Assembly (NCBI RefSeq): GCF_009914755.1
Contig: NC_060944.1
DNA: 64,000 nucleotides
Source of the DNA: the human T2T-CHM13v2.0 reference genome, Homo sapiens
Strand: one strand, 5' to 3'
This document shows positions 59,000 through 64,000 of this stretch, piece after piece (positions within the stretch are counted from its first letter, which is position 1; each line of letters opens with the position of its first letter). Both the position numbers and the translations under genes were made by a program. The notes under the pieces were generated by a model. It saw only the letters and a program-made list of their open reading frames with translations. It was not told the origin of the DNA and made no database searches.

Positions 59000-60640
59000 A
59001 AAAGATTCTGGGTCTTTAAACTGGCTCAAGTCTGGAAATCGATCGAGGCGGGGGGCCATGTCTTTCTGTTTTCGTGATTCAGGTTAGACTTTTGGTAACT
59101 TAACCTAGAAATTTTCTGCTTATACAGATCAAATAAGAATTTAGTATGCTTTCTACTTATTTCACTTCAAGGACCATCCATGGTAAATTAGCCAACACCA
59201 GAGGTCTGCGCAAGTCAGACTATTCTGATTGCTGCTTCATCTCTGCTGTCCTTCACAGTAACTACTTCTACCTTGACTTGGGCCGCTGAGTGCCACCACT
59301 TGACCCCTGGCACCCCAGGATCCAATTACTCACATTGTATTTAGGTTTTCCAATTTACTGACAGCAGTTCCCATTGCAGAGTCTGGCCTATAGAGAAGAA
59401 CAGTCACAGAGCACTTAAATCATGTTAGGTTTTCCATTACAAATTTATTTCTCACAGTATTGGTGAAAGATATGTCTTCTGTATCCTCCCAGTGTGAGCG
59501 AGTTGGTTTTAAATGACAAACTCACTGTGACATTCTAATCTCCCTAGGCCTTTGAATCCCCTCCTCCACAGTAAACCCAGGCAGGTCTGACATTACTGTC
59601 AGCCGCCTGTTGTAGACCCACATCCATAAATTTTGTCTGATGCAACTTTGTTTCTTCTACTATTATCCCATACCTTTAGTATCTATTCCTACCCATGTTC
59701 CCCAGATTTCTTTCTACATATTTAGAAAACCAAGTGGATATTTTGAGTGTAGTATACCTCTTTGTGTGTAACACATTGTACCTGCCTTTAGAGACCTACC
59801 AGACCTTAAGTCTGGTATAGATACAGAAACAAAGACAGTGGGTTCTTTACCTTTTCTTTTTATATTAATTATTGTATTTTTTTTTCCAAAATGCATTCTT
59901 AGGCTAAAAGTGTGGGTTCTTAGCAGGACAGCGAGGACTTACTTTTATGGCAACTTTTTCAGGGGATGTCATTGTTGTTTTCTCAGACAATCATAGTTAA
60001 TCCCCTTAGATGAGAGTGCAGAAGCCACATTCCCAATGGGGAGGAAGAGGTCTCTTCCGCTGGCAAGAAAAATTTAGGGGCTCAATGTTCCCAATTTCAT
60101 GAGGATCTTCCCACATAGCCCCATTTCAACTTTCCTTCCCTATCCATGTCATTCTTTCCCAATCAGTGCCCTCACTTCAACAGTGCACATCCTACAAATC
60201 TGGGTCTATTTGCACTGTAATTCAAGATGAAGGCCTGATTTTAGTTTTCAGCATCTCAACCCTACAGCTGTAGGAGACCAAGGTCTCCATTGGGGCAGAT
60301 ATAAAAGCTGTCAGATCATTTATGTAGCATTTAAGCTGGAAACTCAAATTCCTAAGCTAATTCTTTATTTTTCCCACTTTTTCCAGCAACATTATTAGGA
60401 GAATCATGTCAACCTACTATTCATTAGTTTGCCAAGAACGTTCAAAAGCATCATAGACACAATTCCCCAAGTCCTTGATCCTTATAAATGGTTGGTAAGG
60501 AGTAACCAATGGTGATATTTTGTTTATCCCTTTTGCCATTTCAGGGCCATGGACTATCTGTGTTCTCTTAACTCCTAGAAATAGTGTTATTAGTGCCTTT
60601 AAACCTAATCAGATAAGAGAGCCATTTCCAGGAATTCCAG
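59000..60640 (-). pseudogene. ERV-L gag remnant
   Basis: Position between PBS and pro/pol; nucleotide similarity to recalled HERV-L gag (GGATTCAAAGGCCTAGGGAGATTAGAATG; GGATCCTGGGGTGCCAGGGGTCAAGTGGTGGCACTCA). Confidence 0.75.
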
Positions 60641-60704
60641 AACCAATTCATAAAACTCATGCCTAAAATTCTGTTCCTGTAAAACCATTCTAGGTACCAA
60701 AATC

Positions 60705-60781
60705 TGGATGAGGCTTTTCCAGGGAAATAAAATAATAGGCAATTATGTACACACACAAACTCACACATACACATACATTAG

Positions 60782-60815
<34 letters not shown>

Positions 60816-61403
60816 TCATATATATATATTCCTAAATATATATATACATACATATTTAGGAATTGGCTCACATGATTGTGAAGCCTGAGAAGTCTCAAGA
60901 ACTGCAGTCAGCAAGCTGTTGACCTGGGAAAGCCAATAGTATCATTTCAGCCCACATCCACAGACCTGAGAACCAGGAGAACCAATGGTGTCAGTTTCAG
61001 TCTCAATCTACAGGCTTCAAACCCAGGAGATCTGATGGTATAAGTTCCAGCTCAAAAGCCTGCAGGCTTGAAACCCAGGAGTAGTTGATGTTACAATTTG
61101 AGTCAGAAGACAGGAAAACAAACAAACAAACAACAACAACAAAACTATTGTCCCAGCTCAATCAGTCAGGCAAGAGGAATGCCTACTTATTTATGATCAG
61201 GTCAGATTTTTGCTCTATTCCAGCCTTCAGCTGTGTGGATACAGGCCATTTACATTAGGAGGCCAATCACATTACTCAGTCTACTGATTAAAATGTTAGT
61301 CTTATCCAAAAACACCTACAGAGACACACTGAGAAAAATGTTTGACCAAATATCTGGGCACACAATGGCCCAGTCAAGTTGACACACAAAATTAATTATC
61401 ATG
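60705..61403 (-). mobile_element. MLT2 (B/C-type) LTR, 5' LTR of the ERV-L provirus, with internal (TA)n at ~60785-60850
   Basis: AGGAATTGGCTCACATGATTGTG...GGCCCAGTCAAGTTGACACACAAAATTAATTATCA. Confidence 0.92.
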
Positions 61404-61505
61404 AATACTCACCTCAAGAGTTTACACAAATATTAAATGAGATAATAGATATAAGTACCTAGTTAAGCCCAAGTATATAGTATACTTTCAACAAATGTTG
61501 ATCAT
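61404..61505 (+). mobile_element. MIR 3' part
   Basis: ACTCACCTCAAGAG...ATTAAATGAGATAAT...TTCAACAAATGTT. Confidence 0.65.
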
Positions 61506-62344
61506 TGTCAGAATTAGTTATTACTATTAAGTTCATGGTAGAAAATGTGTTAAGTATTGGTCCAAGAATAGCAAGGTTGAGAGTAGAACTGGGCCACTAC
61601 TCTACCAGATTCTGGAAAACCAAGGCTAAGAATAATTTCTTTAAAGATTATGCTGATACTAGATTCTTCTTGGGAGTAAAAGGCTTACACTTATCATTGA
61701 TCCCTGTGGAAATTTTACCTCCTAGTTTTGTGGGTTAAAGCCAAATCTTAAGTGCCTTACTACTTCTAAGCACAGGCACTTTAAGAGCGCAAAGAAGTAT
61801 TGGAGAGAGGTATAGATTTAAGTGAAAGTTCATACCAAATTTTTAAACTTGAATCATATGATTTGATTTAGTCTCTTAATCTATAATAGTTAATGTAAGT
61901 TTCTTTTGCTTCTTCCTAGAAAGAATGACACTAAGGGTTTGATAGTAAAACATATATACTAATGGATAGATTTTCGAGCATGTCTGGTTTCACAGTGATA
62001 ACACTGATTAGGACCATGCACACAGACATTCTTGATTACAGGTCTTACAGCCATCATGTTAAAGATTTGCCTCCAGCATTCACGCACACAGGCTGCTCTA
62101 CATTGCCACAGCTTTGCATCCATGATTATTATTTTTCAATTTTAAATTATGCATTGAAGCCATATTTACAAGTGCACATATCATAAATGTACAGATTATT
62201 AAATTGTTACAAAGTGTGTAGTCTTATAAGCAAGAGCCAGATCAATAAATACAAGATTTTAATCATTAGTTTCCTGCTGCTGTAAGAATATAGACCCTTA
62301 ACCCCTAGAATGAAAGCAAACTGCCATTCTATAATTAACAAAGT

Positions 62345-62535
62345 AGCATCTATGGTTAGAGTCAGGGTTCAACTCTCAGCTCCACCACTGGCTAATCCCT
62401 CTCTGCCTAACTTTTCTCATTTGTAAAATAAGCATAATAATATACCTATCTCATGGGTATATTAAATGAGTTAATACATGTGAAGAGCTCAGAAATGCCT
62501 GGCTCATAAGAAGCTCTCAATAAATGTAAGCCATA
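62345..62535 (+). mobile_element. MIR
   Basis: CCTCTCTGCCTAACTTTTCTCATTTGTAAAAT...ATTAAATGAGTTAATACATGTGAAGAGCTCAGAAATGCCTGGC. Confidence 0.85.
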
Positions 62536-64000
62536 TTTATTGCATAGTTCATTTCCCCTCATACTACTTGTTACCAGATGGTGCCTGAAATGACATGAAG
62601 TGCTTGCTGAATGAATAGGAAGGAAAAATAAGAGTCCTTTACCTAACAGAATATAAAGTTTCAATGAAATTACACCATGCAGAGAAAGCAATTTGTCCTG
62701 TTTACATGGAAGACAAACAAGGAACTGGACTTTGGCTTTGAGCTGTGTGAATGGGAGATGGCATTGCTTCCGTGACCCACATTCACATTCAATAACAAGA
62801 CCAGAGAGAAACAGCTTTTAGGAGCCCAACAGGAATAGTCACCTAAGAGTTGCTATTTGACTAAACAGCTACTCCATTCTTTTCTTCTACACAGCCGTTC
62901 CTTGCACCTTTCAACTGTGTGGCAATATGACTCTCCTGAGATTGAGAAACAGTGTGTCAGGTTCCATTCATCCTTAACATAACAGAGGAGTGGTAGCTAC
63001 AGTATACCAGAAAGGGAGCTTTCATTGATCTGCAGCACTCTGTTTCCGTCACAGGGAAGAATCTTCTTGCAACCAGGGCACTAGAGAACTGAACAGCCAA
63101 GTAAAATATTGGGCAACATCGAGTCACCCGCACGCCCACATAGAGTCCCAATTTAGCAAAAGAGTAAAGTTCATGAGCAAGACCATCACTAATAATTTGC
63201 CACAAAGAGTACCAATTTTTCTGTTTTATTTGTGAAGTGTTGCAAAATGCTTGCTGCTGATCCTCCCATTGATTTAAGTACATCTGAACCATTTTTTTTC
63301 TATTTCCAACTACAGAAATCTGTAATTTATTGAGCTATTTTTAGCTACAAACTTTCCTTTTTGAAATCTCTGGAGTTAGAAATCTAACAGGCAAGAGGAA
63401 TTAAACAAGGATCATGTAAATTAGGAAGTGTATGCAAAAGATTATTTGCTGATGTATTGGTATTGTGGAGGTACTATACCCAGCTAGAAGTCTTGCTGCA
63501 GTCTGTGGCTGTTATTTAAAAGTTATTCAAGAATTACTCTTTTCATATATAAATTATATGGGTGAATACTTAAGAAGTTCTGTGATTTCTTCATTTGCAC
63601 GCTTCCTTAAGCTGCCAAGCTGTTTCAGAAAAAACAAGCAAACAAAACATTCAATAGCCCAGTTATTTCGCTTTTTTTTACTAAACAGGTGTTTCATTCC
63701 ATGAGACAATAACACTGAAATTATGATATATATTATATCATTGTTTACCATTGAATACTGGCCAGAGGGCATTGCAGACATTCATATAGTTCTTGGTGTA
63801 CATGTGATACAAATTACCCATGATGTCATTAGAGAATTGAAATGCAAAGAGAGTAAGAAAAATCTTAGAATGTAGTTGAAATACCCTTGAATTTTCACCA
63901 TTGTTAGGGTTATTTTTTCTAGTATATTCATCTGAAGCTTCTCCTAAAAGCTTAGATTAGACATTGTCATATTTTGTTTACGTTTATTGAAAATCAGATC

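Larger units (their letters stand above)
55400..60704 (-). mobile_element. ERV-L (MLT2-associated, HERV-L-like) internal region: gag-pol-dUTPase, no env
   Basis: PPT-like sequence at ~55400-55415, PBS-like GATTTTGGTACCTAGAATGG beside the 5' LTR, and recognisable RT, integrase and dUTPase remnants. Confidence 0.93.

Overview
AT-rich human genomic DNA; AluYa5-lineage insertions point to Homo sapiens. Roughly three quarters or more of the window, by eye, is interspersed repeat: many L1 copies (including one apparently full-length ~7.7 kb L1MA2), nine Alus plus a monomer, L2 and MIR relics, MaLR/ERVL/ERV1/HERV-K LTRs, a Ricksha (MULE) transposon with transposase remnants, nested Tigger MITEs and a MADE1. 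It also holds a two-LTR ERV-L provirus (50999-61403) with gag, RT, integrase and dUTPase remnants, which splits a MIR and is itself split by an L1. I see no intact protein-coding gene, RNA gene or CpG island; the listed ORFs are repeat-derived or chance frames. The best non-repeat signal is a strong minus-strand splice acceptor at 526/527. I found no convincing new biological system; the findings are mostly unusual repeat architectures and a few candidate cis-elements. Subfamily names come from recalled consensus sequences, and boundaries of old repeats are approximate.
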